Source: Picochlorum sp. SENEW3 (taxonomy: Eukaryota). Taken from it: a DNA stretch of 64,000 nucleotides. The notes beneath the pieces are model-generated. The model saw nothing but the letters and a program-made list of their open reading frames with translations. It did not search any database and was not told where the DNA came from. Location: NCBI GenBank assembly GCA_034226945.1, contig CP120458.1, positions 1 through 64,000 of the forward strand, given 5' to 3'. Below, piece by piece: positions 37,908-50,352 of this stretch (position 1 is the stretch's first letter; each line of letters starts with the position of its first letter). Made by a program: the position numbers and the translations under genes.

Positions 37908-38880
37908 ATACATCTACACAAAAACGCGCAGGACTGGACATTGTCTTTGACACCCCCAAACACGCGCTACAAGCTCGGTCATACTTACCACCAGGGTGAC
38001 CACTTCACGCCGAATGACCATGCCAGAGACAATGTCCACTCTTCTCGCTTTGCACATACATTATTATACTATAAATACGTCTACACAAAAACGCGCAGGA
38101 CTGGACATTGTCTTTGACACCGCCAAACACGCACCACAAGCTTGGTCATAGTGACAACCAGCTTTAGCACTTCACCCCGCCAAATGACCATGCCAGAGAC
38201 AATGTCCACTCTTCTCGCTTTGCACATACATTGATATGATATAAATACATCTACACAAAAACGCGCAGGACTGGACATTGTCTTTGACACCACCAAATAC
38301 GCCCCACAAGCTTGGTCATACTCACCACCAGTGTGACCACTTCACCCCGCCAAATAACCATGCCAGAGACAATGTCCACTCTTCTCGCTTTGCACATACA
38401 TTGATATCATATAAATACATCTACACAAAAGAGCGCAGGACTGGACATTGTCTTTGACACCCCCAAACACGCGCTACAAGGTCGCTGACACTCACCACCA
38501 AGGTGACCACTTCACCCCGCCGAATGACCATGCCAGAGACAATGTCCACTCCTCTCGCTTTGCACATATATTACTATCATATAAATACATCTACACAAAA
38601 GAGCGCAGGACTGGACATTGTCTTTGACACCCCCAAACACGCCCCACAAGCTCGGTCATACCCTACACCAGGGTGACCACTTCAACACGTCGAATGACCA
38701 TGCCAGAGACAATGTCCACTCTTCTCGCTTTGCACATACATTGATATCATATAAATACGTCTACACAAAAGCGCGCAGGACTGGACATTGTCTTTGACAC
38801 CGCCAAACACCCGCCACAAGCTCACTGACACTCACCACCAGGGTGACCCCCTTCAGCCCCCTGAAAACCAACCTCAGAGA
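37908..38880. repeat. 170-bp tandem satellite C (~5.5 copies)
   Basis: gagacaatgtcc at 38026, 38196, 38366, 38536 and 38706. Confidence 0.96.
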
Positions 38881-40991
38881 CATTTGTTTTTTCTCTACCC
38901 TCTCTCAGATACTACTTATATATGAGTATATATCTGGGCAAACGTGCGGGACTGGACACGTTTTCGTCTGGTAGGTAGAGCACTGCAAAGGATTGGACTA
39001 CTGACAGTCACCTTGTCCCAAGTGGGGGCGCCTTTTTCTCCTTGTGGCGCGCCCAATTTTGTGCCAGTTTTGGACCCCTCTGAAATGGACCCAAAACAAA
39101 ATATTTTTCAGTTCTGACTCGTGTTTGATGCTATTGAAAGGTAAATAAAACATAATATGTGGAGAGACGGAGCACATCGTCAAAAAATCTATACCCTACC
39201 GTGCTTGACACATGGATTTGGGCCATATAAGGAGGGTAATGAGGGCATATTACACCATATTCACCCCACTTCCCACCACACAAACAAAAAATAAACACGA
39301 TTTCTAAATAAAATAATAATAAACTACCCAAAAATAAGAAAATATCACAAAAATCAAAAATAAAGCCAAGAAAAAACACACCCAACAAGACCAAAATACC
39401 CTAACAAAAAAACACACCAACCAAAAAAACACCAAAACAACAAAAATATACAACACAATATCAAGAAGAATTATTATTATTATTATTATAAACACCTACT
39501 ATACTATATATACAACGACAACGACAACGACAACAACAACAAAAGACACGGCACACCACAAGCTCTGCTACTACTGCTGCTCCTCCTCCTACTACTACTA
39601 CTACTACACGAGACAACAACAACAGCAACCAACACAAAAGAAGCAAAGCAAAGCAAAATCAAAAGATAAAAATCTCATTATGGTATGATGATAATGACAC
39701 AACAACAATCTATGCTATGCTATGCTATGCATGAATGAAAAGAATCTCTGTCCTTTTTCACAACAGCAACAACAGCAACACAAGGACACAATATCAAGTG
39801 AGTAAAGTAAGTAAGAAGAATACCAATAAAAAAACAATAATAATAACCATCATACAAAAAAAAAACGTCGCACACCCAGGACAAAACGAACAGGTCTGGT
39901 GGGACTGTCTGAAGAAGAAGAGGGAGCATCTCGGACCAACAAGAAGAATGGCGATTTTCCCATCACCATTCCTGGACTTGGCTGACTTCACTGGGAACCA
40001 CCACAAAAATACCAACCAAACCAATCAAGAAAAGGGTGTTGTATGGTAAAAAAAACACTCATCAAAGCAAACGTCGCACACCACCTGAAACAAGAACTCC
40101 TCCTGGGACACCACACACGACAAGCTCTACTACTACTGTTACTTCTACTGCTACTGCTACGAGTGCTGCTACAACACGAGACAACAGAACAACAAAGCAA
40201 AGCAAAGCAATCAAAAGAAGATACTATCTCACACCAGTTACTACTAGTTAGAGAAATAGTAATAATGATAATAACATGCACAACAATCGATATGAGCAAG
40301 CAGCCAATAATAACAGGACGAAACACAAATACACACACACAAGAAGAAGATAAGAACCTGGAGATAGACTCACAGACAAGATATGAGATAGAGAGAGGTA
40401 CAATAAGAAGTATGTCAAAAGACATGAGACAAGAAAGAATGAAAAGAGTATTGTCTTTGTTTCACAACAACAACAACAAGAAGCAAGCTGAGGCAAGCAC
40501 TGGAGTGACGTTGCACGAATGCTGGAACAAGTATTTCAATATCATCATCATGCATGGCACATTGTCTTACTTAGACTACATGTGTTGCAATGAGCATAGG
40601 ATAGTATATATACAATTGGGACGATTCTTTGAATGGGAATGGGGAAGACCTTGTGGTGTTGAAAGACTGCTCCACAGCTCTATCCTCTCCATTAGCCCCG
40701 CCCCCTAAGAACCCCCGATCGAGGGGCAATCTTGACTCATCTCATTCGCACTGAATACACAAGTATTGTGCCCACAATTTTGCATACAAACTCAATTTAG
40801 ACTTTAAAGTCATTTTGGCAATCTTCATGCTGCAACACTCACCACGGTGACCTACACCTTGAACGAGAGTTTGAGCATGTCCTATACATGTGCGTTTTGC
40901 TCTCTCATACATTGTTGCAATCTCTACCCATTATGCTATATCGCTATAAACATATATATTCATCTATCTTATCCGCATCTGAGCAATTTCT

Positions 40992-43900
40992 GTGCAGGAA
41001 ATGGCCCTTCCTGTGCACGAGCTGTTCAAAGACAGGGACGTCTGGGAGTTCTGGAGAGAGACTGGGGTGTTTTCAGAAGCCATTCCTCGCATCTGCGACC
41101 ACATAGAGACTTTAATTCTACGCTATGGGGCATTGTATGGCCTGGTGGTGTGGCTGGGGACTGATGGGAAGCTGTATATAGTTGCCAGCGCAAACCTGGG
41201 GCTTGGTTTTACATACATACCCTTGAGGCTTTTGACTCGAAGTCTGAGACCCTACGTAGATGAAATCCCCGGACATAGACGCCATTGGATTCGTGTTGAT
41301 AATTTGAAGAATATATATGGACGAGGGAGCCAGGATAAGGCGGGAAATAGCAAAGGATATCACAACAAGAAGGCTGCTTTCTCCCTGCTGCAGAAGAGGC
41401 TAGCAGAGTCGCAGGACTTGCCTGTGCTGGCTTTAGTATATGCAAACGATAAATATTTGACGCTTTGTCACCCGCAGAAAGACACCGCGATGGAGATGTT
41501 GATGGAGAAGGTGATAAGATACTACCAATCCTTGTCAGATGATGGTTGTATGTCACAAATCAGACCCAATATCTCGTTTCTGCCGCCCTCTGTGCATGTG
41601 GACAGCAGTCGGAGACCTAGGAGAACATCAAATGTATTGTCGCGTCCGAGCAGGAGGAAGAGGACGTCCAAAACAGGGGAGAACCAGTCTCCAGTGGATG
41701 AATGGGAGGCCATGGAGTTTGTGCATGAACCTGGCTCGCTGCCGTGGTATTGTCACGCGATCAAGGATCCCAACGGCACCGGAGTAGCTGCTTTGATCAA
41801 AACAGACAGCTATTATAAATGGGCGTTCGCGGATGCTCGATGCCATGGGCCTGGGGGCAGTATGAGGGTCCACCACAACTTGCTGGTTGAGGTGGAATCT
41901 GAGCTTGATCCCATGGGCCATTTGCGGTGCTCTTGTGCCGTATTTCGCAATTGTCTGGAGCCCAAAGAATGTGTTCACACGTTGTATACCCGTGTGAACT
42001 CGGAACGCCTGCGCAGTATGGCGTTTTCAAAGGAAGGCGAGGTGGTGACCATCATGAAAAATAACTCCTCCACAGCTGGCTACTACGTGGACGGCTGCTT
42101 CGTCAGGATGCAAGGCGATAGGGGTCTTCGATGCGATTCAGATAAAGCATTTGGATGTCGTCACGTCGCTCGGGTGCGGGAGGCATTGCACTTGGACGTG
42201 GATCCCGAAGAGGAGGAGAGTGAGTCCACACCTGACCCTTCCTGCTCTTCCTCTGATGACGAGGCAGACGTGCTGCCTACGAACGCATGGATATCGGATA
42301 CATCAAAAACATTCAAGATAGAGTATCCTTATAGCGATGCGCTTAAGCGGGCGGTGATGGAACGGCTGCTTTTCAAGAGACAAGGAAGGCACTCCACTTG
42401 GGCCCCTTTAGCCACCCATGCCCGCCTCGACCACGTGCGACTGCGGCCTTCCTTATACAAGGAGAGGATTTAAAGAGACAGATCCTGTGACGGTGTATAT
42501 GAGACCGCCGCACTGCGCCAGGTCGCTTCCCTGCATGGTGTTGAAGTGCCAAAGGGGTGCACCAGAATGCACCCTGCACTATACAGGCTTGGAGGACGGC
42601 CTGTGGCGTGCCTCCAAGACAGTGGCGGTAGAACTGGACCTTTTAGTACGATGTGCAAGAGATTTTGTCGGATTTAGAGGACATTCGCTGACTGCACAGC
42701 GCGACAGCATCAGTGAAATGTATGACATGGTTTCTGACACCATTCCCACTGAGAGTTTCCTAGTGGCCAATGCGTTCCGCAAAGCAGTGTATGGCGTTGC
42801 CAGTTGTCTTCATTTTGATACAAGTGATATATCTAGAAGTATGCGAGAAGAATGTGGCGCTGCAATGCCGCCAAATGCCATGATGTGCCCCATCTGCCAG
42901 GATAGCCCAGATGTGATCATCATGGATGGCACCTCCATGTCTATCAGCGCTTCTCTTTGCAGCGCCGAGTCCTTTACGGCGCGCAAAGGCAATCAAATAA
43001 TCAGAAGACCGCATTTGATGGTCGAGCGGTGCTTTTTCAATGTCAGCAAAGGGTCGAATGAGGTACCAGAAAGACGTGCAGGGCAGAGACGAGAAGTCAT
43101 CAAGCTTGTGCAGGACTTTGAGTCTTGGATCGAGTCGAAGGACACTCCACAGGGATTTGTGGGCATCCATAGACTACGTAGTCTCGCTGATACGTGGAAT
43201 TTGGGCGACTTTGTGGCGTGGGTGCACGAATCGTGCAGAGAGGGGCGGCTGTCTGTGGTGGATAGGAAAGCAGTCAAAGCCTTGCTGCGGGAGTTGCGGA
43301 GCGATAGCCCAACCACGTCATACCTCTCCTACGAGTCTTCTATAGACCTTGATGGCTGCCTGGAGGCGGGGAGGGTGGTGGGACAGGCCGTCATGGACAA
43401 AGTGGGCCCCATCCTCAAGAATTTGCTAAGGATTGTGCAAGCGCCGGCCCAAGAGGGAGCTGTGATCCCCACTGGGTGGGTTTCTTTTCTACGTGAGATC
43501 GTAGAAAGAAGCAGATGGATTTCCGAGATCAGCTGTGGCGAGCGCGAGCTGGGAGATGACATCCCACACCCATGTGAGGCCTCTGCAGTGAATGGGGATT
43601 TCCTCAGGAATGGCGTCTGTTGCGGCCTCCCTCGGCTGCGTTTCCGTCCCCCATACGCATGCGATGGACAGAAAGAAGATTCAAAAGTGAGAAGGACAAA
43701 GCGTCCTGTAAGCATGCGTTCCACAAGCCAGGGAAGAGGACAGGTGGAGTGTTTACGTGCATGTGCCAGCACGGTGTTGCATATGCTTCATTCATCATCA
43801 AAAATGCCGAGGGCCGCGATGAACCTTTCACATTTCTCTTCTGCTATCTCAAGAAAGCTCCGAGGGTCGTGGTATACGATTTCGCGTGCGCATTGATGGA

Positions 43901-44249
43901 TTACTGCCTCAACAGGGCACCAGACTTTTTCAAATTTACTTTGTTTGTTGTGGATGCTTTTCATTGGGTGAATCACGTCGCCTGTGCCAGGAGTTTTTCC
44001 ATTAAATTATAAAGTGAGATGAAGGACATTGCCAGCATGACGCAGAACACGGAGGCGTGCGAGCAAATCAATGCTGCCATGAAGAGGTTCAAACCCGTTC
44101 TTTCCAGGATGGGCCAGCGGCCATTCATCGCCCTGCTACGCCTATTTCTGACACAGTGGAACATCTCAAAGTACCATAAACTCATTCGATACAGCATGGC
44201 GCGCCCAAGGCCGGAGCAGGTGCAGGTACATGCGCCAGATCAGCAGTGA
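40992..44249 (+). pseudogene. KDZ-type transposase copy 3 (two frameshifts, one in-frame TAA at 44010-44012)
   Basis: CSC..F...ECVH; CPICQDSPDVIIMDGT; CKH.F.KPG.RTGG; CQHG; EGR.EPF; YDFAC; VDAFHWVNH; EACEQ.N. Confidence 0.87.
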
Positions 44250-45585
44250 GGGACTGCCGAGTGGCCTGCTGTTTCAGCAGGGTTTTCCGCCGTCCACAGC
44301 GTACCATGGCGCGTTTCGATGCGTCAAATACGTCCCGATTCACTATTTGAGTTGTAACGATGCCAAATCGGTGCAGAACGCGGGGTTGAAAATCGGCTCG
44401 ATGCCGCCATGACCCTCTGAAAGCCTGCTTTTTTGACCGCAGGAATGGCACCCAGCCTTGTCGACCTCCGCCCCGAGCCGCTCTCGCGTCCATATTGGCA
44501 TCTTAAATACTCCAATATGCTTGATTATGAGCCGATGGAGCGTTCGATCGAGTGTAGACCGCCCTGGCTCGCCTTCTTGTGGAGACATGACACGGTTCGG
44601 ACGGCGACGAACCGCACAGCATCATGTGCTCAAGCATCCGATGGTATCTTTTTACACATTTAATTGATGGTTTTAGGCGATATCCGCGACTGTTGAGATC
44701 CCCTGCGCGCAATCGCGCATGGCAAGGAATTCAAATTTCGAGCAGGTCGTTGCGCGGAGCACGGCCGATACGGAGCTCGCGACATAATCTGCGTCGCAAA
44801 TAATGGTCAGTGATATATTTGGATAAAGTATTGAATCCACCCTGCTAGCATATGATAGAGGCCTGGGTGGCGACCCGACTTTTCGATCTGGCATTTGAAT
44901 TCCCTGTCTGCAGCAAGCTCGGGTAAACTCCGGTGTAGGGCATATGGCGAGTCCCCAGGATATAGGGTATATGCATGGTGCGATTTTATGTAGGTCATGT
45001 CGATGTTCAGAGCCTAGGCGGATGAAAACCCGCGCCAGAGGAGCCGGTCTGTCATCATATTTGATTGGCATGAGGAAAAATACCCTATCTGGCACAGGAG
45101 ATTGACGTTGGTCTCCCATCAAACGCGTTTTTCCTGTTCAATGGGAGACGAACGTCAATTTCAGAGCAACCCCGTGGAAGAGAGGGATGGCCAGGCAGGC
45201 TCTCCCTCTCCCATCACAGGACTTCAATGAAGGCTGCCAACTTTCAGGACCAGGATGGCCGCCTTATGGACGCAAATACAAAGTGATTACGGTAGTATAA
45301 TATATATTGATGCGTATAAAAGCCAAATGAATGCTGCGGAGAGGGCAGTGCTGCCGTCCCCGTAAGAAAGTGTGTCATGTGCATGCAAACATCATGCTGC
45401 ATGTGTGGCACAAGGCCCAATTCATGCTCATACAGCGGTTCCAATTAAAATAAGACTTGCACTCCATTCCAATATATTACCACACACATATGATATATAT
45501 TTTCCAGCCTTGTGGCGAGAATGGTCACAACGCATGTGCAAAGCCAACAATGTTGCACTGCTGCAAGTGATCCAAACTATGCAAC

Positions 45586-46806
45586 TTACTGTCCATCCTC
45601 ACCTTGCACAAGCTGCTCAGGCGGCATGTCGATATTCAACGCTTCTTCCTCTTGATAGGTATTAATAGTTTGTAGATGAGACAATAGTGTATCCAGCGCC
45701 TGTTCATGAGATGTCACAACAGCTGCATCTTTGCCTTTCTTCCTGAGTTGCCCCTTCAGGGTGCTAATGATGTCATCAAGGTTTGATACCGACACGAAAG
45801 ACACACCTTTCGATGCATTTTGGCATGCATATCTTTTGTGATCGAGCAACCACTCCTCCTCGCCCTGGCTGGCATCACTCAATGCCCATGTTGCATGCTC
45901 CACATCGCTCCTGTGCAGGTTGAAGTCTAGGCTTGGCCTCCTCACCAGCGAGTTGGTGTCCCGCTTCTTGTTCCAGCTCGGGAGAAGGCGATTAAGAATC
46001 TCAATCAGTTCCTTCTTCAGGTAGTACATCCCGCTTTGTATGGGATTGCCCTTTTGGTCTTGTGTTCCATCTGGAACTGTCACAGAGATCAGGGTGGCAC
46101 AAGCATCTCCACTGCCCCCAATGAACCTCTTCGCAACGCCCAGTTCTATTGAATTATTGATTTCCTCCATTTCTAGCAAGCACTCCTCACCGGCAGCGGG
46201 CGTTGCAGGCGTCACCTGCTGGTGGGGTGCTGGGGATACCCCATCACTGTCATCCCTCATGAATGGCAGAGCAGCCAATGTACCAGCAGCCTCGCTGAAA
46301 TCGACACTGAACTTGCCAAATATTGTAGAAACCATCTGTATATCTTCCATGATCACCTCCAAATTATCCAAGTAGTTCTGCACCACCCCTTTGCCCTCCT
46401 CAACCTGCTGCATCTTGTTTGCAGCCTCCTCTTGGGCCTGCTCCAAAGAGGCCACTCTGGCATCTGCTCGCGCCAGCTTGTCAAACGTAGACTTGTAGTC
46501 GAACAGCAGCTGCCCAAGGAGCTTGTTGCTGAGCTCTGGGCACATCTCCTTGGCATCCAGAGCGCCATTGTGGAGCATCTCATACTGCTGTTCAGGGTTT
46601 TCGGTGCCGGCTTTATAGATGTGGCACCAATCGCGCGTCGTCCACCTTTTCACACCAGAATTTGGTTGATTTATAGATGCTGTATCGCGCGCGTTTTGCT
46701 CCAAGACAGCATCGAATGCGCTGCAAAGTCGCTTCGAAGCTCGACCAACCTCTGGGTCCATTGGCGCATGTCCACGCGACATACCTCTCACAGCGCTAAA
46801 ATCCAA
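45586..46806 (-). CDS. KDZ partner protein copy 3 (~400 aa, divergent)
   Basis: YEMLHNG.L, a coiled coil (ARVASLEQAQEE), DQKGNPIQSGMYYLKKEL and SFVSV align with the other two partners; same convergent position. Confidence 0.8.
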   Translation of the reverse strand: MDFSAVRGMSRGHAPMDPEVGRASKRLCSAFDAVLEQNARDTASINQPNSGVKRWTTRDWCHIYKAGTENPEQQYEMLHNGALDAKEMCPELSNKLLGQLLFDYKSTFDKLARADARVASLEQAQEEAANKMQQVEEGKGVVQNYLDNLEVIMEDIQMVSTIFGKFSVDFSEAAGTLAALPFMRDDSDGVSPAPHQQVTPATPAAGEECLLEMEEINNSIELGVAKRFIGGSGDACATLISVTVPDGTQDQKGNPIQSGMYYLKKELIEILNRLLPSWNKKRDTNSLVRRPSLDFNLHRSDVEHATWALSDASQGEEEWLLDHKRYACQNASKGVSFVSVSNLDDIISTLKGQLRKKGKDAAVVTSHEQALDTLLSHLQTINTYQEEEALNIDMPPEQLVQGEDGQ

Positions 46807-47318
46807 GAAAATCTCTCCAAATTCCCCAACAAACTTTATTAATACTTATAAACGACAACGCGCGATACAAGAAACCACAAAATCGCAGCAAGCTCGCGAC
46901 CCGTTCGAATGGCGTCTCTGAACACCACACACAATTTGATTCAAATTTAATTGCACAGTAGATTAAGCTGCTTCAGTTCATTGCTATGCTGAAATTTCAA
47001 TCAATCAAAATGTGTGTCGGCCACACAAGATTGATGACTTGGACACTATATCCCCTTTGTGTTTTTACACTATTTAGAACATGGGGAATCTCATCCTCTC
47101 CACCTGTGTGTGTGCTCCACATATCCAGGCACTCCCATCAGAAGGAGTCTTCGATAGGAAAGAAACACCAAAAGTGAAACTACCTAACCATTCATCGGTC
47201 AAACGTCTCTTGTGATGGGAGATGAAAAAAGCACGCTGAGTGTGGCCGAGCGGTTTAAAGCGTGTGGGCTGGCCCATGGTCGTTTTTTATTGTCTTCATT
47301 GACGGACACACACTCCCG

Positions 47319-50300
47319 GGACCCGATTCGTTAGGGCGGGAGGGACGTTACGCATTTTTCTCTCTCTACAGTCCATTATATTATATTTCCTCAAACAAAT
47401 ATACAGTGTATTATTAAACCTTATTTCAATGCGCAGATTTTGGTATTACTTTGAGGCACAATGATGCACTGTACGCGAAGAACGAGGCTATCGAGTGGAA
47501 ATGGCTTTGTTTGCCCGGTCGCCTCTACCCGTTGATGGGCGTAGATGTCCAAAACGCATAATGTGAAAACAACAACGATTACCAGCAAAACCATTGTTCA
47601 TCATGCTCTCGGGTTGCCATGGCCAAGAAAACTTTGTAGTTGAGATAATGTTTTACCATGGCCACGTTGGATCCCACTGATCTAGAAGTTCACCTCGCTC
47701 TTGGGTTTGAAAACTTGTGCGAATTCCTTCGGAACAAAATGCGACGGCATGGACTCAACAAGAGCACGTGGGTAGCTGAAAAATTCAAAATTGTTGAAAG
47801 TACTTGGAGAAGTGCTACGTTTTAGATCACTGCGTGGTTAATACGGACGTGTTACCAGGTCTTCTGCTCATGTGTTTCGAACACCCAGTCTTCGACACTC
47901 AGGCAAGAATAGCCACAGAGATGACCATGAATGAAATATTACAGCCAAATAATCGATTATTGACACAAATATCTTGGATAACGCGCTGGAACGCGTGTAG
48001 ATGAACCAATGGAACTCCTGCAGAAGCTTCTGGCCTTAAGGCCAAGGCCAACCTTTGGAATGAAACTGTACTCTGAGACAGCAAAAGACCGTGATGGTGG
48101 CCAAAACAATTGATAGCCCTGAAGTAAATTCATATATTTTATTTAATATGATGAAAATTATCTTGCTCCGTTAGATGCAGTACGTACTGTATACAGTTGA
48201 GGATCAAGTGATCATCATCAGTCACTTGCTCTGACAAGAATCTCCATTGTGCATAGTCCTGCGGGTGATCTGATGCTGCGAGTGGCTGATACCTTGCTGG
48301 ATGATATTGAACGATGGTTCAGTGCGAAAGAGGGTGAGCTGACGAGGGCTGGGACATGTTGCAAAACGTCAGAGTCTCCAGCTGAAGAAGGTGGTGTGAC
48401 ACTTCATTTGAATGACTGAAGTTGACACAAATTGAAAGAGGAGACGAGAAAAACAATTCTGTTGCATTTTGTAATCACTTGATAAGCATTTACCAGCAAA
48501 TGGATCCAAATTGCGTTCCTAACGAGGCTTTCAATGGGTGTTGGTTTGCCGGTTGGATGCCCACCAATCAGTGGGCACTCGCGATGTGCAGTTTATATTA
48601 AAAATTCGCCTCCATCGAATCTTGTGCTATATATTGCTAGCTTATGGGGTTCTTGCTCGATGAAATCTCACGCTAAGATTCATCTCATTTGGCACCCACA
48701 TAGCATGAGACAGATTTTGAACTCAACAGGGTTCCAGAGTTCCATGGCAAAGATATTCGGTACAAAATGCACAATCCTAGAAGTATCTGCACAGTTACAT
48801 GTACAGATGTGCTCGTCGAAAAGTCCTTGGTGATCTGAGGCCAACTCGGAACATCCAAATTTGAATGCGGAATGACACATCATCAATACAGGCGTAAGGT
48901 CATGCCTGAAAGCTCCTCACTTCCATGCCCCAGAAATATTATAAAAGATATTGAGCAGAACGCGTTTCTTATGACGATAATCATATATATTGGGCATTCA
49001 CCAGTTAGAGCTTGGCGGTGAGAGCACCCAGGAATAAAATTTAGAGCCAAGAATCCATGAAATACACAATGCTGTTCATCTGGATCACCTCAAATTGTAT
49101 AAGAATATAAGAAAGGTCTCAAAAGTGTTTTTTCTAAAAATAATCTGCACCAAGCCTGCGGAAAACTCGAAAAATCTAGAGTCCCTCCTCAACCGACTTC
49201 TGGTCAAACAATATAATGAGAATTGCGTGCCTTTAGTCGTGGCATCGCCCCCATTTGATACCTCCACTGATATATTATCATTCATCATGTGCCTGTCATT
49301 CAGCAGAGGGCTATATATCTGAATAGAAGTTGATGCATTTGCTCATGGGTTCCTCACAGTCCATGCAATGAATTCTTCGAGGAAAAGGCTCGCACACTGG
49401 CCAATATCAACTCTATCCTAATTTCAATACCAAAACGTGTAATTAACAACACAATTTATGCTTGTCGGGAGCAGCGTTGGCACGGTTGCACCAGTTTCCA
49501 GCTCTCGGTCACATTGAAGTTCAGACACTCGCTTCAATTCGTGCATTTAGATCATATACACAAGCCACGAGCATTTTGGCGGATTAATACGTTCATGTAG
49601 ACCATATCACGCGTGAATTCCCATACGCTGAGCCAAGGAAAGCAGTCGACGGGAATCAAGTTGTCCAACACAGGAATTTCTCCAGATTCGGCTTGCAGTG
49701 CAGATAACTGCGTCCCTCCCCATATAATAGTATTATCATTGTATTTTTTGTGGTGTAGATGGCAAATCATGGACAATCGTGGTCACGAGGGACTCACTAC
49801 CAATGTCAGAAACGGTTGGAGCATCTGCGCGGTCTCATCCACGACTGACACTCCATTCTGCACACCAGAAATCGTGTATTAGTATATTTAAAGCATAATT
49901 AATGGTCCAACCATGCCAACGCACCGATATACTCGTTCATCGTGCGAGTAACCACCCGATGTTCGTTGGTGACTTTCTGCGGAATCGCGCAGGCGTTCTA
50001 CCAGCCCTACATCTTCTTATAATTATTATTATACGTGATTAATTACACGCGAGAATTGTTAAGGAAAATAAATTAGTGTGGACGACGTGGTGACGATTCT
50101 GCGCATGTAACCAACCGTCGGAATCTCCTTTTCCCTTCTACACCTATCAAAAGCATGTCTGGACCGTGGATTCAGAATCGCCCTGGAAACATTCGCTTCG
50201 TTCTCCGCGTACAATGCATCATTTTGCCTTCAACTAATGTCAAAATCTATATATTGATCTGAGGTTTAATAATATATTTGTTTGAGGAAATATAATGGAC

Positions 50301-50352
50301 TTTAGAGGGAGAAAAGTGCGTAACGTCCCTCCCAGCCTAACGAAGCTATTCC
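47319..50352 (-). mobile_element. Degenerate Mutator-like element (MULE)
   Basis: 9-bp TSD ACACTCCCG (47310-47318 and 50353-50361); GG...CC ends; ~90-bp imperfect TIRs (ttcgttagg..gggagggacgttacgca...). Minus-strand remnants DATTKGTQFSLY and a SWIM-like CTCNCAD among many stops. Confidence 0.9.

Larger units (their letters stand above)
40689..47092 (+). mobile_element. KDZ-type DNA transposon copy 3 (6.4 kb)
   Basis: CCATTAG...GGGGAATCTC flanked by ATCCTCT (40682-40688 and 47093-47099; identity extends to ATCCTCTCCA). Removing it restores unit X as seen at 18030-18070. Confidence 0.88.
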
